Source of the DNA: an uncultured Dechloromonas sp. | GTDB lineage: Bacteria; Pseudomonadota; Gammaproteobacteria; Burkholderiales; Rhodocyclaceae | Reading direction: 5' to 3' | NCBI GenBank assembly: GCA_964498255.1 | Contig: CAZCGW010000010.1 | Span: 2,927-66,926, forward strand | DNA length: 64,000 nucleotides | Shown: piece by piece, positions 53,374-63,121 of the stretch | Position numbering within the stretch: position 1 is the first letter of the stretch | Layout: each line of letters starts with the position of its first letter | The notes under the pieces: generated by a model | The model's input: the letters and a program-made list of their open reading frames with translations, nothing else | Database searches by the model: none | Told to the model about the DNA's origin: nothing | Made by a program: the position numbers and the translations under genes

Positions 53374-55413
53374 ATGGCTGCATTGCGTTGGCTTCCCCCG
53401 CTTGAATTTCCAATATCGCCTGAGAGCATGGCGAGGGTTAGAGCCGGGTTGAAGCTGGGTATGCTCACGATGCTCGCTTTCGGCTTGGCGATATTCACAA
53501 GCTTTGAGGCTCTCATTGACATGGCAGGTCTGGCGGGTATGTGCGCGGCCATTCTGGCGCTACCTGACTCGGGTGCGGTATTTGCTAAAAGCTATGCCCG
53601 ATTATTCGGGACCGTTTCCGGTGGTGTGGCAGTAGTCGTCATTTACTGGGTGTTTCCTCAGGCCCCATGGCTTTTTGCGGGCAGTATGGCGATCTGGATG
53701 GGCGTCTGTTCGTTTTGGGGAAGCCGGCTCAAGTATTTTGGCTCCTATGCTTCGATTCTCGGGGGGTATACGGCCATTCTTGTTGCCAAGTCCGCGCCTA
53801 GCCCGGAAGACGTAATGAGAATCGCTGGCGAACGGGTGAGTGTGATTGTCATCGGTATTCTGTCGGTCACCCTGGTCTGGGGCGTGTTCCATATTCGCAG
53901 GGGGTTCGTGACTTATCTGCCACCACTGCGTGAAATGAGTGAACGCATCACTGCCCAGATTACGCAGGTGGTGAATGAGCCAGAAGCCTATGATCATGTC
54001 GCTACGATGCGGGACTGGGCCAGGGACATCGAGGCCATGCATCAGAGTATGGAATACGCCAGTGCCGAGGATCCGGAAGTGGCACTACATGCTCGATCAA
54101 TTCGTTGCGGTTTGAATGAGTTCTTTGCCGACATTGCCGATTTCAATATCCGGCTCAAGGTGTTGGGTGAACTGCTCAAGGACTCTCCTCATCGGACCAT
54201 TGCCGATGAGGTCAATCATGAAATTCTTGAAGCGTTCAAGGCGCGGCTAGACGAGCCAGACGCTCAGGCTGATGCACGAATGGCATTAGCACGACAGCAT
54301 GTGCTGGATTACTTTGCGGCATTGCCAGCACCTGATCTGCTCACTCAGACACGGCTATTGGCAGAGATTGATGCCGCTCGCAAGCTGATTGATACGATGA
54401 ACCGGGTGCGGCGTGGTCGCGAGACCTATGATGAGGAAGATATCCGGCCTTTAGGGCAAGCCACTTCCTTTGGCCGTAGTTTTTACATCGCCTGTGTCGT
54501 GGCGTTTACTTTCATGGTGGCCTGGGGCGTTTTCATCGTTAATGAATGGCAGCCCGCGGGGTTGATGTTTATTGTGATGACATCGATTCTGATGCAGTTG
54601 GTGAGTGTGACGGACGATCCGGTGGGTGGCGTCAAGAGTTTTCATCTGGGATTATTGGGGTGCATTCTTCCGGCGTTGATTTGTTCGCAGGTATTGATGC
54701 CACTGGGCAGTGGTTTCCCCTGGCTACTTCTGTGCTTCTCGGTGATCGTGGTTCCCTGTTGTATCTTACGATCGTTTCCACAGACGCAAGTGATGGGCAA
54801 TACCTTCATGCTCTTTGGCATGATGCTGAGTCTGCCGGATAACCAGATGAATTACGATCTGCAGGGTTTTCTAAACAATATTCTGGCCATGTTGGGCGCA
54901 TCGACCATGTCGCTTGCGGCAGTGCTAATTTTCTTTCCCCTGCGCAACCGAGAAAAAGCCCGGCGGGTTGAGCGGCGCGGTTACCGTGAGCTCATGGCCC
55001 TGCCGCATCATTTACGACTGGATCGCTTCAAGATGTGGGAGGATAAACAGCAGGAACGTATTTGTTTTATCGAGCGTATCGGCACGTTAAAGAATACGGT
55101 GATTGCCAAGGAGGCGATTCGTTCGCTGTTATTAATGATGCGCGTGGGTCGCTGTTTTCGTCGTCAGCGAAATAATTTGGCAAAGATTGATCTGCCTAAA
55201 CAGCTGCGTCAGCGAATTGCGCAGGCAGAATGGTTCTGGGCCCGCCAGTTTGATAGTCCAGAACGCTTTCAAAAGGTAGCTGAGCGGCTGGTCGATGATC
55301 TTGTAGCGGAATCGCTCTCCCAACCTGCGCATCAGTTAGAATTGCAGGCTGCCGCTCAGGAATGGCGAATGATTGCCAAAAACAACCAGGTTCTTGCGTC
55401 ACTGCCATGCTAG
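53374..55413 (+). CDS. FUSC/AaeB-family inner-membrane efflux protein
   Basis: Two hydrophobic blocks separated by a long helical domain; RLFGTVSG, YASILGGYTA and RVSVIVIGI; start may be 53428. Confidence 0.82.
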   Translation: MAALRWLPPLEFPISPESMARVRAGLKLGMLTMLAFGLAIFTSFEALIDMAGLAGMCAAILALPDSGAVFAKSYARLFGTVSGGVAVVVIYWVFPQAPWLFAGSMAIWMGVCSFWGSRLKYFGSYASILGGYTAILVAKSAPSPEDVMRIAGERVSVIVIGILSVTLVWGVFHIRRGFVTYLPPLREMSERITAQITQVVNEPEAYDHVATMRDWARDIEAMHQSMEYASAEDPEVALHARSIRCGLNEFFADIADFNIRLKVLGELLKDSPHRTIADEVNHEILEAFKARLDEPDAQADARMALARQHVLDYFAALPAPDLLTQTRLLAEIDAARKLIDTMNRVRRGRETYDEEDIRPLGQATSFGRSFYIACVVAFTFMVAWGVFIVNEWQPAGLMFIVMTSILMQLVSVTDDPVGGVKSFHLGLLGCILPALICSQVLMPLGSGFPWLLLCFSVIVVPCCILRSFPQTQVMGNTFMLFGMMLSLPDNQMNYDLQGFLNNILAMLGASTMSLAAVLIFFPLRNREKARRVERRGYRELMALPHHLRLDRFKMWEDKQQERICFIERIGTLKNTVIAKEAIRSLLLMMRVGRCFRRQRNNLAKIDLPKQLRQRIAQAEWFWARQFDSPERFQKVAERLVDDLVAESLSQPAHQLELQAAAQEWRMIAKNNQVLASLPC

Positions 55414-55607
55414 CTAACGTTGATGTCTATGGTTTTTACATTTCACCGTTTGCGGCGGACGTTGTGCTGACGCTGGTGCTTTTTTATTTTTTACGCAAGG
55501 TATTGGCTAGACTGGGTATTAATCGCTATGTATGGCATCCGAATCTGTTCGAGATTGCGCTTTTTTCCATCATTTTGTGCCTGATTGTTTTTTTACAGGC
55601 GAGTTAA
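55407..55607 (+). CDS. DUF1656/AaeX-family small membrane protein
   Basis: DVYGFYISP...RYVWHPNLFEIALF; lies between the FUSC and HlyD genes. Confidence 0.85.
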   Translation: MLANVDVYGFYISPFAADVVLTLVLFYFLRKVLARLGINRYVWHPNLFEIALFSIILCLIVFLQAS

Positions 55608-55610
55608 GCG

Positions 55611-56579
55611 ATGCAAAACCAGTGGAAAAATAGACTGCCCGACTGGATACCGACAGATCGTTCGATCGTTGGCGTGCTCATCACGCTGCTGATGCTAGTG
55701 ATTGCGCTGTATCTCGGCTATGTCTTGTGGATGCTCTACATGCGTTCGCCTTGGACGCGAGATGCCTTTGTGCGGGCGGAAGTGGCCGATATCGCTACGG
55801 AAGGTGTGTCCGGCTATGTGACGGCTATTTACGTCAAGGACAATCAGAAGGTGCAGGCGGGTGATCCGCTGTTTGATATCGATCCGACACGCTATCAATA
55901 TGCGGTGAAAGAGGCCGAGGCACAGTACGAAACGACCAAGAAGAAACTGGTGCTGCAAAAGTCCCTGGCCAAGATGCGGATGAATGCGCAAGGCGCGGTG
56001 TCGGTTCAGGATAAGCAGATCTACGAAACGGACGCTGAAGTTGCTCAGGATGCGGTTGATAACGCCAAGGCTGCTTTAGATCTTGCCAAGTACAACCTGT
56101 ATCGCACGAAAGTGGTGGCACCCTGTGATGGGTTCATGACCAATATGCGTTTGCGCATGGGTGATTACGCAACATCTGGCCAATCCCAGATGCAGATCGT
56201 CGACAACACGACGTTCTGGATTGAAGCCTATTATGAAGAAATCAAACTCATCAATGTCAAAGTCGGTGCCAAGGCAACGATTAAGCTGATTGCCTATCCG
56301 CAGATTCTGCAGGGTGAGGTCAAGAGCATTGGCCGGGGTGTGCTCAATCAGAACAATACCCCGGGCTACCAGGGTTTGCAGAATGTGAACCCGATTGATG
56401 CCTGGATTCGTCTGGCGCAGCGTATTCCGGTGCATATTGCGATTACCAACGTGCCGGAGGGCGTGTTTCTGGCAGCGGGTCTGACCGCCAGCGTAGATGC
56501 GGGACCTGAGGCACAGCGCCTGGCAGAGCCGCGCTCATTGCTTGACTGGATTCAGCGATGGCTCGAATTCAATATCTAA
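55611..56579 (+). CDS. HlyD/AaeA-family periplasmic adaptor
   Basis: SPWTRDAFVRA, VKDNQKVQAGDPLFDID, V.APCDG and WIRLAQRIPV. Confidence 0.9.
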   Translation: MQNQWKNRLPDWIPTDRSIVGVLITLLMLVIALYLGYVLWMLYMRSPWTRDAFVRAEVADIATEGVSGYVTAIYVKDNQKVQAGDPLFDIDPTRYQYAVKEAEAQYETTKKKLVLQKSLAKMRMNAQGAVSVQDKQIYETDAEVAQDAVDNAKAALDLAKYNLYRTKVVAPCDGFMTNMRLRMGDYATSGQSQMQIVDNTTFWIEAYYEEIKLINVKVGAKATIKLIAYPQILQGEVKSIGRGVLNQNNTPGYQGLQNVNPIDAWIRLAQRIPVHIAITNVPEGVFLAAGLTASVDAGPEAQRLAEPRSLLDWIQRWLEFNI

Positions 56580-58150
56580 GACTTAAACGCTGGCTGGGCT
56601 TTTTAGGCCTGGGGTTGTTGACGGGCTGTATGACGGGTCCGGATTTTGTGCCGCCCGCCAACGAGACTTTGCCCACCAGTTTTTCCCGGCCGGATTTGAT
56701 GGCTACGCCGTCGGCTCCGACTGATCTAAATACACCGGATGCGGCTTTGCAGGCCGACCTTATGAAGTGGTGGGAAGTGTTTGAAGACCCCGTCCTCAAT
56801 CAGGTGATGGCAGTCGCCATAGAAAAGAACTGGGATGTACTGATTGCGACGCAGCGTATCGAGCAGGCGCGCGCGCAGGCGGCGAGTACCCGTGCACAAT
56901 TGATGCCGCAGGTGAGTATTAATCCACTGATTGAGCGGATGCAGACTGGTACCAATAACCATTACACTGGTTTGGGCTTGCTCGAAACATTGCAGTTGCC
57001 GCTTAATGTGGCTTGGGAACCCGATGTTTTTGGGAGTATCAAACGCAGCACTGAGTCGCAGGTGGCGCGTGTTCGTGCGGCAGAGGAAAATCGCCGCAAC
57101 GTTTTGGTGTCGCTCACTGCCGACCTAGCGAGTTACTACAGTAACCTGCGTACCTTGCAGGCACAGGTGGACTACACTGAGAAAGCGATTGCGTCATCGA
57201 AGCGCCGGCTTGAGCTGACCAGGCTGCTCCTTAAACGCGGTATCGATAGTGACCTCAATCTCGCTCAGTATGAACAAGCCTATGAGTATCAAGTCAGTCA
57301 ACTATCGCCTTTAAAGGCGCAGCGTGATTGGGCAATGTACCAATGTGCCTTTCTGGCGGGAAGCTTTCCGTTAGATTTGCAGGCAACTTTGGAAAAAACG
57401 GGTGCGCCTTTGTCCACACGGAAGGCACTACCTGCTGCGTTGCCCTCTCAGATGTTGCGGAATAGGCCAGATATCCGACAGGCGGAGCAGGTGTTAGCGG
57501 CTTCCACGGCTAATATCGGCGTTGCCGAAGCCGCCTTTATGCCGAATTTTTCAATTCCATTGCAGGCGGGTTTTAACACCGGTCCCTGGAATTTATTGTT
57601 TAACCCGGCTAGCTTTATATGGAACTGGACGGTGAATCTGGCGCAGCCATTATTTACCGGGGGTCAACTGCAGGCCGGTCTGGCATTGGCGAATGCAACA
57701 CGAGAGCAGGATCGACTCGCTTATGAAAAAGCCGTACGCCAGGCAGTGACCGATGTTGAAAAGGCATTGACCGGCTTCGATAACTATCGTGGGCAGCGCG
57801 GTAAGTTGCAGAGTACGGTAGCTGCCCAGAAACAGGTGTTTACCAATAACCTGGTGCTCTACAAGGTGGGGATACAGCCAGAGTTTCAGTATCTGCAGTC
57901 GCTAATTACACTTAACGATAACCAGATCAGCCTGGTGCAAGCGCAGAATCAGGAAGCCGTACAGCTGATCTCGCTTTACAAGGCGATGGGAGGCGGCTGG
58001 CAGTGGGAAGCGCCGAGCACGCAATCACCGGTGGATGATGGTATGACGACACCGGGGACGTTCAAGCAGATTATCAAAGACAATCTTTCTGGCCTGAGTA
58101 CCTCGGGCGTCGAGTCTAAAGCGACTGCAGAATCTGGTAGCGTTCAATAA
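56558..58150 (+). CDS. Outer-membrane efflux lipoprotein (NodT/OprM family)
   Basis: Lipobox LTGC, GPDFVPP, WWEVFEDP, WEPDVFG, RNRPDIRQAE and LYKAMGGGW. Confidence 0.9.
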   Translation: MARIQYLRLKRWLGFLGLGLLTGCMTGPDFVPPANETLPTSFSRPDLMATPSAPTDLNTPDAALQADLMKWWEVFEDPVLNQVMAVAIEKNWDVLIATQRIEQARAQAASTRAQLMPQVSINPLIERMQTGTNNHYTGLGLLETLQLPLNVAWEPDVFGSIKRSTESQVARVRAAEENRRNVLVSLTADLASYYSNLRTLQAQVDYTEKAIASSKRRLELTRLLLKRGIDSDLNLAQYEQAYEYQVSQLSPLKAQRDWAMYQCAFLAGSFPLDLQATLEKTGAPLSTRKALPAALPSQMLRNRPDIRQAEQVLAASTANIGVAEAAFMPNFSIPLQAGFNTGPWNLLFNPASFIWNWTVNLAQPLFTGGQLQAGLALANATREQDRLAYEKAVRQAVTDVEKALTGFDNYRGQRGKLQSTVAAQKQVFTNNLVLYKVGIQPEFQYLQSLITLNDNQISLVQAQNQEAVQLISLYKAMGGGWQWEAPSTQSPVDDGMTTPGTFKQIIKDNLSGLSTSGVESKATAESGSVQ

Positions 58151-58234
58151 ACACGCTGACATTAAATGCAGGTATAGTCTTCCGCTTGATTTAACGTTTT
58201 GCCCCATTCGGTGCGCTCCCGGAGAACTGAAAGA

Positions 58235-58984
58235 ATGAAAATCGACGAAATTCGCAAGAACGCTTATGGCATGCCATATATGAGCCCAGCTTTTTCAAAA
58301 GGGCCGTATCAGATGTTTAATCGCGAGTTCTTTATCATCAGCTATCGCACGGATCCAGAAGCTTTCCGTAAGGCGTTGCCAGAACCGCTGACGTTTAAAG
58401 ATCCGATCGTGAACTACGAGTTCATCCGTATGCCGGATTGTTCGGGTGGGTTTGGTGATTACACGGAATCGGGTCAGATTCTGTCGATTGTTGATCAGGA
58501 CGGGAATGCTGGTGGTTACAGCAATTATCTGTATCTGAATGGCGCATCACCTACCCTGGGTGGTCGTGAGCTGTGGGGTTTCCCGAAAAAAATTGCTGAG
58601 CCTAAGTTGAGAGTTGAAAGTGACGCGCTGGTTGGTACGCTGGATTACGGTTCAATCCGCGTAGCCACTGGTACGATGGGTTACAAGTATTCGCCTATGG
58701 ATACCGATGTGGAAGCCAAAAAGCTGATGACCACACCGAATTATCTGCTGAAGATTATTCCGAATCCGGATCTGACCCCGGGTATCTGCCAGCTGGTTCG
58801 ATACTTTGCAGAGGATGTTCATGTGGAACAAGCCTGGACGGGTCCGGCACAGTTGGAGCTCTTTAAACACGCGCTGGCACCGATCGCAGATCTGCCTGTG
58901 CTGGAGGTGATTGGCGCAAAACACCTGATCTGCAGTCGCTATACGATTGGCCTCGGCGAGGTTGTTGTTGATTACCTGAAGTAA
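58235..58984 (+). CDS. adc: Acetoacetate decarboxylase
   Basis: [20 protein letters not shown], Schiff-base lysine motif [10 protein letters not shown] and AWTGPA. Confidence 0.88.
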   Translation: MKIDEIRKNAYGMPYMSPAFSKGPYQMFNREFFIISYRTDPEAFRKALPEPLTFKDPIVNYEFIRMPDCSGGFGDYTESGQILSIVDQDGNAGGYSNYLYLNGASPTLGGRELWGFPKKIAEPKLRVESDALVGTLDYGSIRVATGTMGYKYSPMDTDVEAKKLMTTPNYLLKIIPNPDLTPGICQLVRYFAEDVHVEQAWTGPAQLELFKHALAPIADLPVLEVIGAKHLICSRYTIGLGEVVVDYLK

Positions 58985-59012
58985 TACATTTTTAACTTGA
59001 TAGGAAATAAGC

Positions 59013-59795
59013 ATGTCGCTTAAAGGAAAAGTTGCTCTAGTTACTGGCGCTGCCAGTGGTATTGGTCGTGAGTGCGTGCTGAACATGGCAGCCAAGGGTG
59101 CCAAGGTAGTTATTGCCGACCTGAGCCTGGAAAAAGGCAACCTGGTTGTTGATGAAATCAAGAAGGCCGGCGGCGAAGCCATGGCTGTGTCGATGGATGT
59201 GTGTGATGAGGCTCAGGTAAACGCCGGCATCGACGCCTGCGTTAAGGCCTTTGGTGGCATCGATATTCTGGTATCGAACGCCGGTATCCAGATCGTCTAC
59301 CCGATCGAAGAATACCCATTTGCTGACTGGAAGAAGTTGCTGTCGATTCACCTCGACGGTGCCTTCCTGACAACGCAGGCTGCTATTAAGCACATGTATG
59401 CTGCAGGCAAGGGCGGTAAGATCATTTATATGGGTTCGGTACACTCGCATGAAGCTTCTAAGCTCAAGTGTGCTTATGTCACTGCCAAGCATGGTTTGCT
59501 GGGTTTGGCCCGTGTAGTCGCTAAAGAAGGCGGCCCACATGGCGTAAGTGCTAACGTGGTTTGCCCGGGCTTCGTGCGTACCCCGCTGGTTGAGAAGCAG
59601 ATTCCTGAGCAAGCTGCTGAACTGCACATCACGGAAGATGAAGTGATCAAGAACGTGATGTTGAAGGACACTGTAGATGGTACCTTCACCACGACCGACG
59701 ATATTGCCGAGATGGTGGCCTACCTCGCTGGTACGGAAACGAACGCCATTACCGGTCAGTCGTTCATCGTGAGCCACGGCTGGTTCATGCAGTAA
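59013..59795 (+). CDS. bdhA: D-3-hydroxybutyrate dehydrogenase (SDR)
   Basis: [34 protein letters not shown] and [10 protein letters not shown]. Confidence 0.9.
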   Translation: MSLKGKVALVTGAASGIGRECVLNMAAKGAKVVIADLSLEKGNLVVDEIKKAGGEAMAVSMDVCDEAQVNAGIDACVKAFGGIDILVSNAGIQIVYPIEEYPFADWKKLLSIHLDGAFLTTQAAIKHMYAAGKGGKIIYMGSVHSHEASKLKCAYVTAKHGLLGLARVVAKEGGPHGVSANVVCPGFVRTPLVEKQIPEQAAELHITEDEVIKNVMLKDTVDGTFTTTDDIAEMVAYLAGTETNAITGQSFIVSHGWFMQ

Positions 59796-59807
59796 TTAAG
59801 TACTGAT

Positions 59808-59839
59808 AAAAACGGCGAGAGTGAGCTCTCGCCGTTTTT
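59808..59839. terminator. Rho-independent terminator after bdhA
   Basis: aaaaacggcgagag-tgag-ctctcgccgttttt. Confidence 0.88.
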
Positions 59840-59858
59840 GTTTTTTAAGGATAGGGTT

Positions 59859-60047
59859 ATGGCACTCATACTTGCAGCGATTCTGGTTCCGCCACTGATT
59901 ATTTATATTCTTTACAAAATGTTCAAGTTTTTTGTAAAGGGCGTTGAAGTCACGGTTGAAAACGAAAAAGAAGACCGTGAGTGGAAAGCGTACGAAGCAA
60001 CGCATGATGTTTCGGATCCTGTAACATCGAAACAAGATGGCAAGTAA
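59859..60047 (+). CDS. Small single-pass membrane protein, hypothetical
   Basis: 62 aa; N-terminal hydrophobic segment and charged tail; aagga upstream. Confidence 0.5.
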   Translation: MALILAAILVPPLIIYILYKMFKFFVKGVEVTVENEKEDREWKAYEATHDVSDPVTSKQDGK

Positions 60048-60057
60048 GCGCTTTGGG

Positions 60058-60927
60058 TTAGAAGGTGTAAATCACCCGGCCGTAAGCGTTCCAGTAATAA
60101 TTAAAGTTGTCATTGATGATGGGGGCAGAGCTGCCAACACTGGCGCCCCAGCTTTTGTCAAAGCTGTAGGTCAACATGGCATCAACAGGGACAAACCATT
60201 TGCCGGTGCGCCCACTCTGGTATATCCCGACTTCATCCCACATGGCCAGCTTGAGTTTTGGTGTGATCTGGAAACCAAGGGCCGGGTAGAATTCAAAGGT
60301 TCGCATCAGGTTGACGTTGGGTGCAACGGCCGTAGTGCCCATCATGTAGCGCACTAACGGTGAGAAGAATGAAAATGCACCCGCGTCTTTGGGTGCGTAG
60401 GTCATGGCCAGTTGCGGGCCGATAGCCCATTGCGCTGACGAATACAGTGGGTTGTTGTAGCCGGTAGGCATGACCATGCGAAAGCCACCGCCAAAGGTCA
60501 GGTTTTGCGCAACCTCAGGAGTAAATGCTGCGAGCGTCCAGCGGGTGTTACCCGGATTGAATTCGCCGCCACCCCCGCCATTGCCGTATTTAGGTCCGCT
60601 GTTCGAGTTGAAAGATGTATCCAGACGGGTAACGGCTTGTGCGCCGGAACGCCCGAGTGGGAAGGAATGATACAAACGTGGCTGGATGGTGTTGGTCGCA
60701 CTGTCATGTCCCTGTCCGTTGTGAAACCCCCAGACTTCTAGCCAGGTTTTACGCTTGCTGGCAAAGAAAAGCTCATCATCGGCCTGCGCACGGCTTTCGT
60801 CTGGAACGAGTACGTCATCGCTTTGAACGACGCTCGGGTCTGCAACGGTTTGCTGTGCCAGGCAGGGCTGCGCTGCCAGTAAAAAGACAAGGGTAGATGC
60901 AAGGGATTTGAAGCGTAAAAAAGACAT
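60058..60927 (-). CDS. Hypothetical outer-membrane beta-barrel protein
   Basis: Signal peptide, alternating amphipathic strands and a C-terminal GRVIYTF Bam-type signal. Confidence 0.65.
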   Translation of the reverse strand: MSFLRFKSLASTLVFLLAAQPCLAQQTVADPSVVQSDDVLVPDESRAQADDELFFASKRKTWLEVWGFHNGQGHDSATNTIQPRLYHSFPLGRSGAQAVTRLDTSFNSNSGPKYGNGGGGGEFNPGNTRWTLAAFTPEVAQNLTFGGGFRMVMPTGYNNPLYSSAQWAIGPQLAMTYAPKDAGAFSFFSPLVRYMMGTTAVAPNVNLMRTFEFYPALGFQITPKLKLAMWDEVGIYQSGRTGKWFVPVDAMLTYSFDKSWGASVGSSAPIINDNFNYYWNAYGRVIYTF

Positions 60928-61496
60928 TAGTGGGCTTTAAATGTGCGTGACAGGCTGTCCAGCCATAGGTATCGAACAGGATCGTCACCGCATTGCGTAA
61001 AGCCGCACTCTAGCAAGGTTGAAACGAGGTTGCCAAAAACAATCACAAGAAATGTCAGCATCACGAGGCCGGTAGTCCGTCCTGCTGATGCCGGCCGCCC
61101 ATTCTGATACTTGTTGCTGAGACAAAGCATTAAGGCGACGCCAGCGATGATGCAAACAAAACTGACAAAGGACCAGGTGTAGAGATGGAATCCAAAAATG
61201 ACTTTGCTATATCCCGGGTCGCCGGGGGCGATATGCAAGAGAATCTGCCGCACAGAGGCCGCTGCACCGACTAGTGCGCCTAGTAGTGTGACGCCGTAAT
61301 GCAAGGGCTGGATACCAAAGCGTAGGTTAAGCAGAAAGCCAATGCCTACTGCAATGAGTCCTGCTCGCTGCAATAGGCAGAGCGGGCAGGGTAGCTCTCC
61401 GAATACAATTTGCTCAACAAATGCGCCACCCAGTACGGCAGTGATGAGTGCCAATGCCAGCGTGTTAAGAGAAAAAGCCAGGCGATGAAAATTCAT
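60927..61496 (-). CDS. DsbB-family disulfide bond formation protein
   Basis: GELPCPLCLLQR, RQILLHI, LYTWSF and a second Cys pair ECGFTQC. Confidence 0.87.
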   Translation of the reverse strand: MNFHRLAFSLNTLALALITAVLGGAFVEQIVFGELPCPLCLLQRAGLIAVGIGFLLNLRFGIQPLHYGVTLLGALVGAAASVRQILLHIAPGDPGYSKVIFGFHLYTWSFVSFVCIIAGVALMLCLSNKYQNGRPASAGRTTGLVMLTFLVIVFGNLVSTLLECGFTQCGDDPVRYLWLDSLSRTFKAH

Positions 61497-61503
61497 AGGG
61501 TTC

Positions 61504-61656
61504 TCACAGGCTGATGGGGAGTTTGTCGGTCATGTGATGCACCAACAGTCCGGCCAGCATGGCGATCGTGAGCAAACTGGCAGCCACGCCGATCCGGGCC
61601 CGCCCGGAAAGAATGAGTAGGCAGGCGATGAATGCCGATAAAAAAACGATGTACAT
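61504..61656 (-). CDS. DUF5993-like 50-aa membrane peptide (absent from the ORF track)
   Basis: Hand translation MYIVFLSAFIACLLILSGRARIGVAASLLTIAMLAGLLVHHMTDKLPISL; directly upstream of the DsbB-like gene. Confidence 0.7.
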   Translation of the reverse strand: MYIVFLSAFIACLLILSGRARIGVAASLLTIAMLAGLLVHHMTDKLPISL

Positions 61657-61668
61657 GAGGATCCTCGC

Positions 61669-62106
61669 TTATTGGCGTGATGCGGCAGCTTTTTTAAGCC
61701 GTTCCGCCTGCCGCTTTTCTCCATCTGCGCGGGCGCTGCGTACATTAGCTTCGGTAGGTTCGGGGAATTTGCCGCCGGACAAGCCGACCATGTAAACAAC
61801 GGCACGGGCGACCTCTACGTCATAAAGTTCGGGCGCGCCTCCTTTAGGCGGCATCATGCGCACACCGGTTAGCGCACTGCCCACGAGGTCTTCGTATCCT
61901 TCGGCGATTAACGGAGACCAGGCCTGACGATTTCCTGCTTTGGGGGCGCCTGCTGCGCCATGCCCATGACAGGTAGCGCAGACTGCTTTATAAACCTGCT
62001 CGCCACTCATGGGGGCTTTGCCAAATGAAGGATTAAGCGCCCATACGTTACCGGCAGCAGTGAAGAGCATTATTGACAAAGCCGATAGGAATGATTTGTG
62101 GCGCAT
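61669..62106 (-). CDS. Cytochrome c5 family protein
   Basis: Signal peptide, CATCH haem motif, GAPKAG...W and MMPPKGG. Confidence 0.9.
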   Translation of the reverse strand: MRHKSFLSALSIMLFTAAGNVWALNPSFGKAPMSGEQVYKAVCATCHGHGAAGAPKAGNRQAWSPLIAEGYEDLVGSALTGVRMMPPKGGAPELYDVEVARAVVYMVGLSGGKFPEPTEANVRSARADGEKRQAERLKKAAASRQ

Positions 62107-62295
62107 GGCAGTCTCCTTATTGCGAAATCGTAGCAGAACTATTGATTCGAATTATGAATGCGTGCGTAATAAGGCTATGAAAATCGAGCAATATATCGGG
62201 ACGTTAGATTTTCTGGCGAATCCATGGTTCTGGTGATAGTCTTCATCTGCGGACAATTGTTCATGCCGTTCAACAACAAAAGAGGAGCTCCACCT

Positions 62296-62868
62296 ATGAA
62301 ACTACCCTTCGCTCAAGTGAAACGCTCAGTGTGCCTCGGTTTGGCAATGGTAGGCGTTACCGTGATGACCGGTTGTGCGGTGGTTCCGGCCGCGAATATT
62401 AAGCCGGGCTTTTCTAATGTGAGCCAGGTCGAGCAATCAATGGGTAAGCCGGATATGACCTGGCGTAATAGTCAGGGCAAGATTATCCAGGCCGCTTACT
62501 CAGAACAGCCTGCAAGCTTTACGACATTCATGGTGTACTTCAACGATCGGGGTGTCGTTACCGGTGTCGATCAGGTGATGAACAACAAGAATTTTGCCAA
62601 AATCAAGAATGGGATGGATGGACAGCAGGTTCACAAGATTCTTGGGCCAGAGCGTTCGGTGGATCACTTTAGCGCGCTCCATCAGATCGACTGGAATTAT
62701 GGATACTGCTCGGACAACGATGGCCGGGAAGTGTTCTCTGTGAGCTTTGACGATAAGACACTCAAGGTTAATGGTAGCGTTGTCACGCCTGATCCGTTGT
62801 TCTCTCTGGGAGACAATGAAGAAGCGCGCTGTGTGCCGTACATCATGGGCGAATCGTACGCACGATAA
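62296..62868 (+). CDS. Lipoprotein with SmpA/OmlA (BamE)-like repeats
   Basis: Lipobox MTGC, VEQSMGKP and IKNGMDGQQVHKILGP...W.Y; RBS gaggag. Confidence 0.65.
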   Translation: MKLPFAQVKRSVCLGLAMVGVTVMTGCAVVPAANIKPGFSNVSQVEQSMGKPDMTWRNSQGKIIQAAYSEQPASFTTFMVYFNDRGVVTGVDQVMNNKNFAKIKNGMDGQQVHKILGPERSVDHFSALHQIDWNYGYCSDNDGREVFSVSFDDKTLKVNGSVVTPDPLFSLGDNEEARCVPYIMGESYAR

Positions 62869-63121
62869 GTGATGCGCGATTTGCTTGAACAAACCTCCGG
62901 AGCCTGTATGGTTCCGGAGCCTGTGTGCCAGCTGGGCGGCTATGAGCTCGACCTGGTTCGTTGCTATTACTTCGGTTGGGTGAATGCACTGTCGTTGGGT
63001 ATGAACTTCTGGCAGCAGCAACTTTTTGATAAACAGCACACGCTTGGTGGTTCTTTCCCCGCTGATGAGTGACTAGATCGGGTAGGATGCAGGCCTGGTG
63101 CCTGTCTGAGTATGCGTGTCT

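Noticed and set aside
62869-63072. 67-aa ORF directly after the lipoprotein gene
   Set aside because: It could be real but has no RBS, motif or compositional support; left uncalled.
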